Shown: positions 8,927 to 17,980 of the stretch, one piece after another
Layout of the letters: each line of letters begins with the position of its first letter
Numbering within the stretch: the stretch's first letter is position 1
DNA from: an uncultured Acidimicrobiaceae bacterium
GTDB taxonomy: Bacteria; Actinomycetota; Acidimicrobiia; Acidimicrobiales; RAAP-2
Reading direction: 5' to 3'
NCBI GenBank assembly: GCA_963828505.1
Contig: CAWHFM010000009.1
Span: 180,872-244,871, forward strand
Length of the DNA: 64,000 bases
The notes under the pieces: generated by a model
Told to the model about the DNA's origin: nothing
Database searches by the model: none
The model's input: the letters and a program-made list of their open reading frames with translations, nothing else
Program-made: the position numbers and the translations under genes

Positions 8927-9905
8927 CCCCCGAACCCGACACCCCCACTTCACCGCCACCCCTCGGAACCCGCCCCGAATCCTCGGCTCCCGATCTACGG
9001 GCCGAGATGATCAGAGGTGCGTCGGCGATCGCTGTCCCAGCTCCTCCGACATCGCCGCAATCCCGGGGTATCACCTCAGACCTCTCCGTCGACGAGAGCC
9101 TCCTCCTGCACGCCGCCGGATGGGAGCCGCTGGACCTCGTCCCCGGCGTCGCCGTGGTCTCGGTGCCCGTCGGGGTGTGGAATTGGGGCGTCGGCAGCAT
9201 CAGCCTCGCCTCGGACGCGCACAATGCCGCGGTCGGCGCGGCGGCAGAGCAGCTCCGCTCCGAATGCAGCAAGGTCCACGGTCACGGCGTGGTCGGGGTC
9301 CGGGTCGAGGTCGACGTGCGCCCACACCACATCGACGTGGAGCTGATCGGCACGGCGATCCGCCCGATCGCCCGCGCCGCCGCCGCGGCACCGGCACCGG
9401 CGCTACCAGTGGCGTCCGACGGAGGGGGGACGACGCGGCTGAGGCGATGCCGTTCATTTCGGACCTGTCGGCGCGCGATTTCACTCTGCTCCAGCGCGCC
9501 GGGTGGATACCTGTCGGCCTCGCCTTCGGCGCCAGCTTCATCTACTCGCCACGCCGGTCCGCCGGCGCGGCCATGCGACAGAGCACACAGAACGTCGAGC
9601 TCACCAACTACACCGAAGCCATGTACTCGGCCCGGGAGGCGGCCATGGAGAAGATGCAGCGCTCGGCCCTGGAGGCAGGCGGCCAGGGCGTGGTGGGAGT
9701 CAAGGTCACCGAGGGCCCCATGGGCTTCGCCCGCCATGCCGTCGGGTTCACCGCGTGGGGAACCGCGGTTCGCCTGGTGGCCGAGGCGCACCAGTTCGTG
9801 GCGCCGAAGCTCGTCCTCCCCCTCGACGACGCCGTCGTGACCTTCGAGGCTGAGAGCCTGCGCAGCGCGACCCAGGGTCGAGGCCGAGGTTCGGGCCGCC
9901 GGTGA
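8923..9905 (+). CDS. tandem double YbjQ/UPF0145 domain protein, paralog 3, frame broken at G-run 9424-9429
   Basis: ATG overlaps the paralog 2 stop (ATGA). Module 1 is in the frame of ORF 8923. Module 2 (MPFISDLSARDF ... GVVGVK ... GTAV) is in the frame of ORF 8811..9905. Adding one G restores ...SDGGGDDAAEAMPFISDLS. Confidence 0.6.
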
Positions 9906-10318
9906 CCGACGGCTCCCCAACGGCCATGCAGATGGACTGGCCCGCCTGGGGGCGCAGGTTCGAGTCGGTGCACGGCCCTGATGAATTCGCGGGCCTGTTC
10001 GCGGCGGGCGGTACTTTCCGCGATCCCGTGACGCCGGACACCACCGACGTGCGGAAGGTGGCCCGCGACACCGACGCTATCTTCCCGGATTGGTCTCAGA
10101 CGGTCGATCGGATTCGCGGAGGATCCGACTGGGCCGTGTTCGAATGGACCGGGACGGGCACGCTCGACGCCGGCGACGGCCGGACGGCTCGGATCGTCAT
10201 GCAGGGTGCAACCGTGATTCAGGTCGACAGCGAGGGGAAGGTCACCCGCTGGCGCGATTACCTCGACACGAACGAGCCGGCGCAGCAGATCCGGAAGGCC
10301 CTCGAGGACGGCTCATAA
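9902..10318 (+). CDS. SnoaL-like / NTF2-fold protein
   Basis: 138-aa ORF. GTG overlaps the upstream stop (GTGA); ATG 9926 is an alternative start. The pattern ...FRDPV...W...VFEWTGTGT...G... is typical of SnoaL-like polyketide cyclase-fold proteins. Confidence 0.6.
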   Translation: MTDGSPTAMQMDWPAWGRRFESVHGPDEFAGLFAAGGTFRDPVTPDTTDVRKVARDTDAIFPDWSQTVDRIRGGSDWAVFEWTGTGTLDAGDGRTARIVMQGATVIQVDSEGKVTRWRDYLDTNEPAQQIRKALEDGS

Positions 10319-10418
10319 GCGAAGCGGCACACGAACCACACTGCTCTGGTGGACCAGGCGCCTGAGGCGAAGGCGTGCCCGTGTTCACCCGCGCCACCGC
10401 GAGTTGGGCCGTCAGCCG

Positions 10419-10802
10419 TCAACCGTCGTCCCGGCAGAGGCAGAAGGGGTGGCCGGCGGGGTCGAGGAGGACACGGACGTTTTCTTGTGGTTGGTGCGAC
10501 GCAACCGTCGCTCCGAGGGCGACCGCCTCGGCGACGGCCGATTCGAGGTCGCCGACCTGGAAGTCGAAGTGCATCATCTGGCGCTGTGCGCCCTCTCGGG
10601 GCGGCCATACCGGGGTCTGGTAATCAGTCGATGTTTGGAAAACGATGAAGATGGGACCGTCGGGCGCCGCCAGTATCGATGTTCCCGGCTCTTGGTGGCC
10701 GATGGGCCAGCCCAACAGCTCCGAATAGAAACCGGCCAAGGCGGCAGGGTCCGGCGCTTCGATGGCGGTTCCCCACCACATGCCGGTCGTTCGGGATCGC
10801 AT
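10419..10802 (-). CDS. VOC family protein
   Basis: DPAALAGFYSELLGW and HFDFQVGDLESAVAEAVALGA motifs. Confidence 0.75.
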   Translation of the reverse strand: MRSRTTGMWWGTAIEAPDPAALAGFYSELLGWPIGHQEPGTSILAAPDGPIFIVFQTSTDYQTPVWPPREGAQRQMMHFDFQVGDLESAVAEAVALGATVASHQPQENVRVLLDPAGHPFCLCRDDG

Positions 10803-10903
10803 CCCCAGGAGTGTGTCACACGCGACGGGAGGCGCCGTGTGGCCGAGTGACCTCGGCCGAGACCGGTGGTGACGGACCGCGACTCACGGCGCGTCGGACC
10901 GGT

Positions 10904-11989
10904 TCACTCCGCCGAATCGGCCACCGCCTGCACGTGGGCCAGACGGGCGTCGCGGACCTCGTCGTATTCCTCCGCGGCCTTCTCGTCCGACGCCATCTCT
11001 GCGTCGATGTCAGCGTCGGCGAAGCCGATCACGCCCATCGACTCGAAGGCCGAGCGCAGCCGGGGTCCCCAAAGCCCGATGTCGCGCAAGATGGGCACGA
11101 TGCGCATGAACAAGAAGGAACGGAACACCCGTAGCGTCTCGCTGTTCTCGACGTAGGTCCCGATCTCAGAGGGAAGGTCGAGCCGTTCCCACACTTCCTC
11201 GCCCAAGAAACGATCCCGCATGAGGTAGCACGCCTCGATGCAGAACGCCTCACGTTCGTCGCGCTCGGCCTGGCTCAGCTGCGGGTAGTAGTCGCGTAAC
11301 GCCAGACGCCCGAACATCACGTGCCGCGCCTCGTCCTGCATCACGTACGCATTCAAGGCCTTGGCCAACGGCTCTGTCGCGTTGTTGCGGATGACGCCGA
11401 ACGCAGCCAGTGCCAGTCCCTCGACCAGCACCTGCATGCCCAGATACGTCATATCCCACCGACTGTCGGCGATGACGTCGTCCAGCAGGCTCTTGAGGTA
11501 TTGGTTGAGGGGATAGACGAGCTGCACCTTCTCGTGGAGGTAGCGGCTGTACACCTCGACATGGCGCGCCTCGTCGATCACCTGCGTGGCGGCGTAGAAC
11601 TTCGAGTCGATGTCCGGCACCGTCTGCACGATCTTGGCCGTGCAGATGAGCGCTCCCTGCTCCCCGTGCATGAACTGGCTGAACCTCCACGCCTCGACGT
11701 GGCGCCGCAGCTCGCCTTTGCGCTCGTCCGACATCTTCTCCCACCAGTCGGTTCCGAAGAGCGGGTTCATCTCGTCGGGCATGCCCACCGGGTTCGTGAG
11801 ATCGACCTCCTGGCTCCAGTCGAGCCGGTCGCTGCCGATCCACTGTCGCCGCGTCCCTCTGTCGTAGAGGCGGAGGAGCTGGTCCCGCCCGCCGGTGTAG
11901 TCGAAGTCGAAGACCGTCGTGGCGGGCGACTCGATGCCCCACCGAGTGTCGGGTGCAAGCTCCCGGTCGATCGTCGGGTTGGTCGTCAT
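10904..11989 (-). CDS. AurF-like ferritin-fold diiron oxygenase family protein
   Basis: ATG 11989 (MTTNPTIDRE). Paired ExxH motifs (DEARHVEVY, QDEARHVMF) plus a conserved HGEQGA helix. The longer 533-aa ORF extension looks non-coding. Confidence 0.7.
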   Translation of the reverse strand: MTTNPTIDRELAPDTRWGIESPATTVFDFDYTGGRDQLLRLYDRGTRRQWIGSDRLDWSQEVDLTNPVGMPDEMNPLFGTDWWEKMSDERKGELRRHVEAWRFSQFMHGEQGALICTAKIVQTVPDIDSKFYAATQVIDEARHVEVYSRYLHEKVQLVYPLNQYLKSLLDDVIADSRWDMTYLGMQVLVEGLALAAFGVIRNNATEPLAKALNAYVMQDEARHVMFGRLALRDYYPQLSQAERDEREAFCIEACYLMRDRFLGEEVWERLDLPSEIGTYVENSETLRVFRSFLFMRIVPILRDIGLWGPRLRSAFESMGVIGFADADIDAEMASDEKAAEEYDEVRDARLAHVQAVADSAE

Positions 11990-12081
11990 GAGGGCCCCTT
12001 CAGGATCGTGATCGGACGGGGCGAAACTACACCCGGTCGAGGGGACCATTCCGAGGGAGTGTCCCCGCTCGGCGGCCGGCG

Positions 12082-13314
12082 TCAGCGAAAGTCGAACGCC
12101 ACCTTTATGGCGCCGCTCTGCTCCTGGTCGGCCAGGACGGTGAATGCCTCGCGCCACTGGTCGAGCCGAAAGGTGTGGGTCAGCATCCCGGTGAGGTCGA
12201 CCCGGTGTTGCTCGGCCAGACGGAGGTAGTGCTCGATGCCGTGCAGGCGGATGCCGTCGACCTCCTCGACCCCGAACACGTTGGAGCCCACCCACGAGAT
12301 CTCCTTGAAATAGAGCGGCGACCACTCCCAGCGTTCGGGCGCGTGGACACCACTCTTGACCATGGTTCCCCGTGCCTTGAGCAACCGGACCCCTATTTCG
12401 GCCGTCTGACCGGTGCCCACGGTGTCGTAGACGACGTCGATACCACCGGGGTGGGCCATCGGCAGGGGGTTGTCCCCGAAACGCTGGAGGACTCCTCCGG
12501 ACCACGCCGCGGCCGTCTGGAGCAGCTGCTCCACCGGAAACGGATCGACCACGGTCGCGCCCAACCGCTCGGCCAGTGCCTTCTGCGCCGGAAAGCGGGC
12601 CGCCACCAAGATCTCGACGTCAGGGTGGAGTGCTCGGAGAATGGCCGTCGCCGTGCTGCCGAGTGCGCCACCGCCGTAGACGAACACCTTGCCGCCGGGC
12701 GGCGGTGGGTGCCTCGTGACCGAGTGCAGGGAGACCGCAAAGGGATCGGCGATGACCGCCACTTCGTCGCTGACGCTCTCCGGCACCGCGATCAGCATGG
12801 ATTCGTGGGCCGGGAGGTACTCGGCAAAGCCGCCGGGAGCATCCTTGGACGTCCCCGTGTGGATGCCGGCGGCGATCGGACCCTCGGTGAAGTGCCAGCA
12901 GAGGCTGTAGTCGCCCGCCTGACACGACGGGCAGGGCGGGTCGATGCCGCGGGGTCCGCACGAGAGCCACGGGTTGAGGACGACACGTTGGCCCACGTGG
13001 AGCGTGCTGACGCCGTCACCGATTTCGACCACGTCGCCGACGACCTCGTGCCCGAACACGGTGGGGAAGGAGAAATAGCCGTTCAGCGCGCTGTCGCCGA
13101 AGTCGTCACCGAAGTCCATGAAGACCATTTTGGCGTCGGACCCGCAGATACCCGTCAGGCGCGTCTTCACGACCGCCCAATCGTCCCGGAGCAGGGCCGG
13201 TCGCTCCAGCTCTTCGAGCCGCATCGGAGTCTTCGAGAGGCCGATGAGCAGCTGGTTGGTTCGATCTGGAGCGTCCCAGCGCTCTGGACGAACTCCGTAG
13301 AGGAGGCCCTGCAC
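12082..13314 (-). CDS. zinc-dependent alcohol dehydrogenase (MDR) family protein
   Basis: GICGSD, GHEVVGDVVEIG, Cys-rich structural-zinc loop (CPSCQAGDYSLC) and GGGALG Rossmann motif. Confidence 0.8.
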   Translation of the reverse strand: MQGLLYGVRPERWDAPDRTNQLLIGLSKTPMRLEELERPALLRDDWAVVKTRLTGICGSDAKMVFMDFGDDFGDSALNGYFSFPTVFGHEVVGDVVEIGDGVSTLHVGQRVVLNPWLSCGPRGIDPPCPSCQAGDYSLCWHFTEGPIAAGIHTGTSKDAPGGFAEYLPAHESMLIAVPESVSDEVAVIADPFAVSLHSVTRHPPPPGGKVFVYGGGALGSTATAILRALHPDVEILVAARFPAQKALAERLGATVVDPFPVEQLLQTAAAWSGGVLQRFGDNPLPMAHPGGIDVVYDTVGTGQTAEIGVRLLKARGTMVKSGVHAPERWEWSPLYFKEISWVGSNVFGVEEVDGIRLHGIEHYLRLAEQHRVDLTGMLTHTFRLDQWREAFTVLADQEQSGAIKVAFDFR

Positions 13315-13323
13315 CGCAGCCTC

Positions 13324-13935
13324 CTACGAACCCAGCGGCGTCATCGTCGAGGCAAGGAACCCGACGACGCCGCCGTTGTCGTGGTGGTGTGCGCCACGCA
13401 CGGCGAAGATGGTGATCACGAGCGCGATTGATACGAAGCCGATGATGATGCCGGCGAGGGCGAGACCGTCACCTTTCTGAGCGCCCTGGGAGCGCCGGAT
13501 TTGGGACCTGGCGATGAAGCCGAAAATTATGCCGAGAATCCCAAGGAGGGCGAAGAGCAGACCGACACACGAGCAGATCAGCGACGCCACCGCCAGCCCG
13601 TTGTTCTTGACGCTGGGTGATGGTCCGCCGTAGCCACTTGACGAGTATGGGTACGGCGGTTGACCCGCCTGGCCCAGGTACGCCTCAGGAGTCCCTCCGT
13701 AGACGGTCCCGGCACTGGGATAGGGCGGGATGCCGCCGCCGGGTTGCGCTTGCGTCGCGTCCGAGGGCGAAGGTTGTGCCGCGTGTCCCGGCTCCACGGG
13801 TTGGTTCGCCGGCGCCGGTTCTGGGCTGCCAAATCCCGTCGGCCCGGTTTGGGGCGGGCCGGTCCAGAGCTCAGGTGGGTACCACTTGCCGTCGGACGCC
13901 AGCCACCATCCCGGGCCTTGTGAGGTGTCGCTCAT
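13324..13935 (-). CDS. DUF2510/DUF4190-type membrane protein
   Basis: N-terminal [16 protein letters not shown] motif, a Pro/Gly/Tyr-rich linker and two C-terminal TM helices typical of DUF4190. Confidence 0.65.
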   Translation of the reverse strand: MSDTSQGPGWWLASDGKWYPPELWTGPPQTGPTGFGSPEPAPANQPVEPGHAAQPSPSDATQAQPGGGIPPYPSAGTVYGGTPEAYLGQAGQPPYPYSSSGYGGPSPSVKNNGLAVASLICSCVGLLFALLGILGIIFGFIARSQIRRSQGAQKGDGLALAGIIIGFVSIALVITIFAVRGAHHHDNGGVVGFLASTMTPLGS

Positions 13936-14058
13936 GGCGTCATCGCCCCCAGTCCCTTCCGAGTGCACCCGTGCGCCTGGCCGAGCTTACGGGCACCACC
14001 GGCGGCGTGTCGGTGACCGCGGGGGGATCGGCGCCTCGCCACGAGAGCAGACGCGACA

Positions 14059-14235
14059 TCAGGCGAGGTACGGGCAGTGGCGGCAGCCGGAACCACAGCA
14101 GCTGCCTCTCCGAGCGAGATACACCGAGGTCATGACGGAAAACCCCGTGACCGGGTCCACGTACGACTCTTGGCCACGCTCGAGCGCACGCAGATGCGCG
14201 TCGACGACCTCGCGGTAAAACGGTTGGTCGGGGGG
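14059..14235 (-). CDS. DUF5522-like small Cys-rich protein
   Basis: C-terminal [32 protein letters not shown] matches the pattern I recall for DUF5522. No start codon was identified. The rest of ORF 14059..14601 is antisense to the HU repeats. Confidence 0.45.
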   Translation of the reverse strand, partial: PPDQPFYREVVDAHLRALERGQESYVDPVTGFSVMTSVYLARRGSCCGSGCRHCPYLA

Positions 14236-14323
14236 CAGCCGGAGTGGGTGTGGCTCAGCGAGCGCCCGTGCGGCCAGCCGCCGAGAGGGCGGCGGGCCGG
14301 CCTGAAGCGACGACGCCTGTGCC

Positions 14324-14860
14324 TTAGCGCCTGGCGACCTTTTTCGCCGCCGCTCGCTTGGCCGGTGCCTTCCGCTTGGCCGGTGCCTTCTTGGCCGAGA
14401 CCTTCTTGGCCGGTGCCTTCTTGGCCGGTGCCTTCTTGGCCGGTGCCTTCTTGGCCGGTGCCTTCTTGGCCGGAGTCCGGGTGGAGGCGGCCCGAGCGGC
14501 GACCGGGGCGGAAGCCTTGCCGGCAGAGGCAACAGCAGCCGCATCCGTCGGGAACGCTCCCTTCGCCAACTTCGGCGCCTTCGCCGGGGCCAGGACGGCA
14601 TCCTTGAACGCCTTCACCGGGGTGATCCGTGCCTTCTTCGACGCCTTGATGCGAATCGCCTCACCCGTCGCCGGGTTGCGTCCCATGCGTGACGGCCGGT
14701 CCACCTTGACGAACTTGGCGAAGCCGGTGATGGCGACCGGCTCGCCCTTGGAGACCACGGCGGTCACGACGTCGGTGAATCCTTCGAGGACGTTCACGAC
14801 CGTCTTCAACTCGACATCGGCTTGGACGGCGACTGCTCTTGCTAGCTCACGCTTGTTCAT
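14324..14860 (-). CDS. hup: HU family DNA-binding protein with Lys/Ala-rich (PAKKA) C-terminal tail
   Basis: [11 protein letters not shown]...[20 protein letters not shown] core, then 5-6 AKKAP repeats as in actinobacterial HupB/Hlp. Confidence 0.9.
   Translation of the reverse strand: MNKRELARAVAVQADVELKTVVNVLEGFTDVVTAVVSKGEPVAITGFAKFVKVDRPSRMGRNPATGEAIRIKASKKARITPVKAFKDAVLAPAKAPKLAKGAFPTDAAAVASAGKASAPVAARAASTRTPAKKAPAKKAPAKKAPAKKAPAKKVSAKKAPAKRKAPAKRAAAKKVARR
14386..14475. repeat. 15-bp tandem repeat ccttcttggccggtg, about 6 copies (encodes the PAKKA repeats of HU)
   Basis: Read directly from the sequence. Confidence 0.9.
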
Positions 14861-15052
14861 GGGGCTCCATTGTTGCCTATAAGTGAGGTGAATTGCACAT
14901 CTTTCCGGGCAGATCCGTCCGGAATGCTCGGAGCCTGTCGGCTGATGAGCACGGGAACCGACGAAATCGTGCGTCCTCCGCACCGGCTGCGACCGCGACG
15001 AATGGGCACGGCATGCCTCACCTCGAGTCCACCGCCGGCTGCGACCGGTGTC

Positions 15053-15559
15053 TCACCCGGCGGTGAGCTGGTGCCAGTAGGGGCGGTCCGCATGTCGTTT
15101 TTCCAGGAGGATGATCACAGTGCCCCAGGGGTCGCAGCACCAGGTGGTGCGGAGACCGGCAACGTCCACGATGGCCGAGGTCAGGAAGGCGACGCCACGG
15201 TCCTCAAGTTCGGCGCGCGTCGAGGCGAGGTCGTCACACACCAGGCCGACGTGAGTGATGCCGATCCGCGTGACCGGTGGCCGGCCGGGTTCGGCCGGGG
15301 TCACGTCCGCCGCCGGATACTCGATGAGCTCTATGACCCGGTCGTCCGGCCCGAAGCCGACGATGGCCGCCTTGACGACGACCGGAGACGGGAGGAGCTC
15401 ACCCATGTCCTCCTGAATCTGGGAGCCCTCCATCGTGTACGCCGGCGACAGCAGGTGAAGTCCCAGGACTTCCGTGTACCACTGCACGGCTTGCTCCACG
15501 TCGGGTACGCACACGGCGGAATGGGCGATAGCCGTGAGCACGGTGCCCAGGCTACGCAC
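15053..15559 (-). CDS. VOC family protein
   Basis: GTG 15559. IAHSAVCVPDVEQAVQWYTEVLGL and ITHVGLVCDDL motifs. The upstream part of the 358-aa ORF looks non-coding. Confidence 0.7.
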   Translation of the reverse strand: MRSLGTVLTAIAHSAVCVPDVEQAVQWYTEVLGLHLLSPAYTMEGSQIQEDMGELLPSPVVVKAAIVGFGPDDRVIELIEYPAADVTPAEPGRPPVTRIGITHVGLVCDDLASTRAELEDRGVAFLTSAIVDVAGLRTTWCCDPWGTVIILLEKRHADRPYWHQLTAG

Positions 15560-15609
15560 GTCGGGGGTGGGCGCTGCGGTGAAGCGGTCGTGGGTCGAAC
15601 GGGCAGCGG

Positions 15610-15753
15610 TCAGCTCCAGCGGGCGATCTCTGCTCTCATCCGCTTGGAGTAGAAGCGGTAGCTGATGTTGACTTGGCGGTTCACCTTGCGGAGCACGACC
15701 ACCATCACGAAGACCAGCGGTGCCAACGCGCCGGCCACCACGCTGAGGCTCAT
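15610..15753 (-). CDS. candidate small membrane protein (47 aa), absent from the ORF track
   Basis: MSLSVVAGALAPLVFVMVVVLRKVNRQVNISYRFYSKRMRAEIARWS: one TM helix plus a basic tail. Strong GC3 bias. Lies 50 nt upstream of the VOC gene. Confidence 0.4.
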   Translation of the reverse strand: MSLSVVAGALAPLVFVMVVVLRKVNRQVNISYRFYSKRMRAEIARWS

Positions 15754-15885
15754 CGTGCGCACGACCGACGAAAGGCTGTATCTCCTCACGGCAGAAGTGT
15801 CGTCCCAATCGGGCTGTCGTGCAAGAGCCGTTGGTCACAGACCCTGGTGCGTTAGCGTGAACGGCGTCGAAACGGAGGACCGCGA

Positions 15886-17382
15886 ATGAGTGACACGGAT
15901 CCCACGGAAGCGCCGGGAGGCGCAGCCGGGTCGTCCGAGGGCTCGGACAGCTCGTCAGAAGGGCCCGCCGAATCGTCGGGAGGCCCGACCCGGTCGTCCG
16001 GAGCGGCAGCCGGGCCGTCCGACATCGTGGCCGCGGACGCAGCCACGGCGACACCGACCCCCGCGGACAGGACCTCGGCGACCGGGGAGGGCGCCACCAC
16101 GTCGACCACCACGAAGAAGCCGCGGGCACGCCGGACTCGGGGCGTCGTCTCCTGGATCCTCATTGTGCTGGCGTCGCTCCTCATCCCGATCTCGGTGATG
16201 TCGGTCTGGGCCATCCAGACCGTGACGAACACCGACCAGTACGTCGCCACCATGGCGCCGCTGGCCCGGAACCAGGTCATCGTCAACGACCTGGCGGACC
16301 GGGCGACGGAGGCGCTCTTCGCCTCCAAGACCGTGCAGAACAAGGTGGAAGAGCTGCTCCCCGTCAAGGCCAAGCCGATCGTCACCCCGGTGGTCGCCGA
16401 GGTGAAGACCTACGTCCACGGCCTGGCCCTCAAGATCTTCGAGAGCCCGAAGTTCGGCCAGCTCTGGGACGGCCTCAACCGGCACACGCACGAGGCCGTC
16501 GTCTCCGTCCTCGAGGGGAAACACAACGCCACGCTCCAGAAGATTCAGCAAAACGGCCAGATCGTCCTCAACGTCTCGCCGACGCTGCAAACGCTGATCG
16601 ACAAGGCGAATGCCAAGGGGATCACGATCTTCAACCCGCTGAAGGCCGTGCTCAGCCACGGTGACAACGGAATGAGCGTCGCCATCGTCTCGACGCAGCA
16701 GGTGTCGAAGTACTCCGCCTTGTTCAACCTGCTCGTCCAGCTCAGATGGTGGGTCCCGATCGCCGCCCTCGTGCTCGGCCTCCTGTCCATCGTCGTCGCC
16801 GTCAACCGGCGGCGGGCGCTGCTCCGCGTGACCGTAGGTGTGGCGCTGTTCACCCTGGTGCTCCTGGCCGTGTTCGCCCTCGGTCGCAACATCTTCTTGA
16901 ACAAGGTGGCGCAGCACTCCTACAAACAGGACGTGGCGGCCGCGGTGTGGGACACGTTGCTGCGCAACCTCAAGACCGACTTCCGCTGGATGCTCCTCGT
17001 TTCCGTGCTCGTGGCCCTCGTGGCGTGGGTGTTCGGTCCGGCGGGCTGGGCCGTGGCGATCCGTTCCGCCTTCGCTCGAGCCGGTCGATGGGTGGCCGCC
17101 CAGGTTCGCCAGCTCACGGGCAAGACGGGAGAGGCCGCGGCAGGATCTCCCGGCACCCGACGCGTCGGGGGCTGGGTCCACGAGCACATCAACGCGCTGC
17201 GCATCGTCGGGGTGGTCGTCGCCGCGCTGTTCCTTCTCTTCGGGGGCAACCTCACGGGGTGGAGCCTGCTGATCATCGTCATCGTGCTGGCGGTGTATCT
17301 CGCCCTGCTCCAGTTGGTCGCAGCTTGGGCACGCCGGGTATCGGGCGGGCCGCATGCCCCGGCCGCTCCGGGGGTGAGCTGA
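15886..17382 (+). CDS. integral membrane protein, unknown function
   Basis: 498 aa. Ser/Gly/Thr-rich cytoplasmic N-terminus, one TM, an extracytoplasmic domain of about 200 aa, then about 5 TM helices. Confidence 0.7.
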   Translation: MSDTDPTEAPGGAAGSSEGSDSSSEGPAESSGGPTRSSGAAAGPSDIVAADAATATPTPADRTSATGEGATTSTTTKKPRARRTRGVVSWILIVLASLLIPISVMSVWAIQTVTNTDQYVATMAPLARNQVIVNDLADRATEALFASKTVQNKVEELLPVKAKPIVTPVVAEVKTYVHGLALKIFESPKFGQLWDGLNRHTHEAVVSVLEGKHNATLQKIQQNGQIVLNVSPTLQTLIDKANAKGITIFNPLKAVLSHGDNGMSVAIVSTQQVSKYSALFNLLVQLRWWVPIAALVLGLLSIVVAVNRRRALLRVTVGVALFTLVLLAVFALGRNIFLNKVAQHSYKQDVAAAVWDTLLRNLKTDFRWMLLVSVLVALVAWVFGPAGWAVAIRSAFARAGRWVAAQVRQLTGKTGEAAAGSPGTRRVGGWVHEHINALRIVGVVVAALFLLFGGNLTGWSLLIIVIVLAVYLALLQLVAAWARRVSGGPHAPAAPGVS

Positions 17383-17466
17383 GGCCGCGCCGCGGGCCTG
17401 GGACTTCCCGGGCGCACCACGGCTGATTCTCACGCTGCTCTTAACATCGACCGTTACCGTGACGCC

Positions 17467-17811
17467 ATGGCCCTCGGGCGGCGTCTCGTCCTGGTCGCGG
17501 TGCTTGCCGCGGCGATCGTGGGCGGCATGCTGCCGCACGCCGCGCTGTCGGCCGTGCCTGGTCGTACCGCAGAGGTCATGCTGGCGGCCGAGACCCCCCT
17601 GGCGGGACCGCTGCACTGCCTCGATGCGACCTGCGGCAAGGGCACGCCGTCGGCACTGACGCCGACCCCGGGCGTAGTCCTGGCCGCCGTCCTCGGCGGG
17701 ATGGTCGCAGCCTTCGCATTGAGCGCCGCCGCCACGCGCCGCCGCCTCCGCCCGTCCCCGCTCCCCTCCGGCGTGACGGACCCGTTCTTCCACCCACCGA
17801 AGTCCTCCTAG
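17467..17811 (+). CDS. small secreted/membrane-anchored protein
   Basis: N-terminal signal-like helix, CLDATC Cys pair and a C-terminal TM followed by RRR. Confidence 0.5.
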   Translation: MALGRRLVLVAVLAAAIVGGMLPHAALSAVPGRTAEVMLAAETPLAGPLHCLDATCGKGTPSALTPTPGVVLAAVLGGMVAAFALSAAATRRRLRPSPLPSGVTDPFFHPPKSS

Positions 17812-17980
17812 CTCCATCCGCGTCCTGACGGACCGGTTCGCTCCGGCATCGGCCGTGGGCGACCCCGCATGGACCCCGTGACGCAGCAGTCACGGCGCAT
17901 CCCATCCAACCCCGCCGTCGACGCTCGCGCCTGCCGGCGCCGGCTCGGCCCATCTTTCGAGATCCCAGGAGGACTCACCC

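Noticed and set aside
11990-12505. N-terminal 170-aa extension of the diiron oxygenase ORF
   Set aside because: It overlaps the 3' part of the ADH gene in another frame and is Arg/Pro/Gly-rich. ATG 11989 gives a normal-length protein.
15955-17817. 620-aa minus-strand ORF
   Set aside because: It is antisense to the well-formed 498-aa membrane protein gene. The composition is dominated by R, G, D, E, P, H and V with no hydrophobic core pattern, so it is a shadow ORF.
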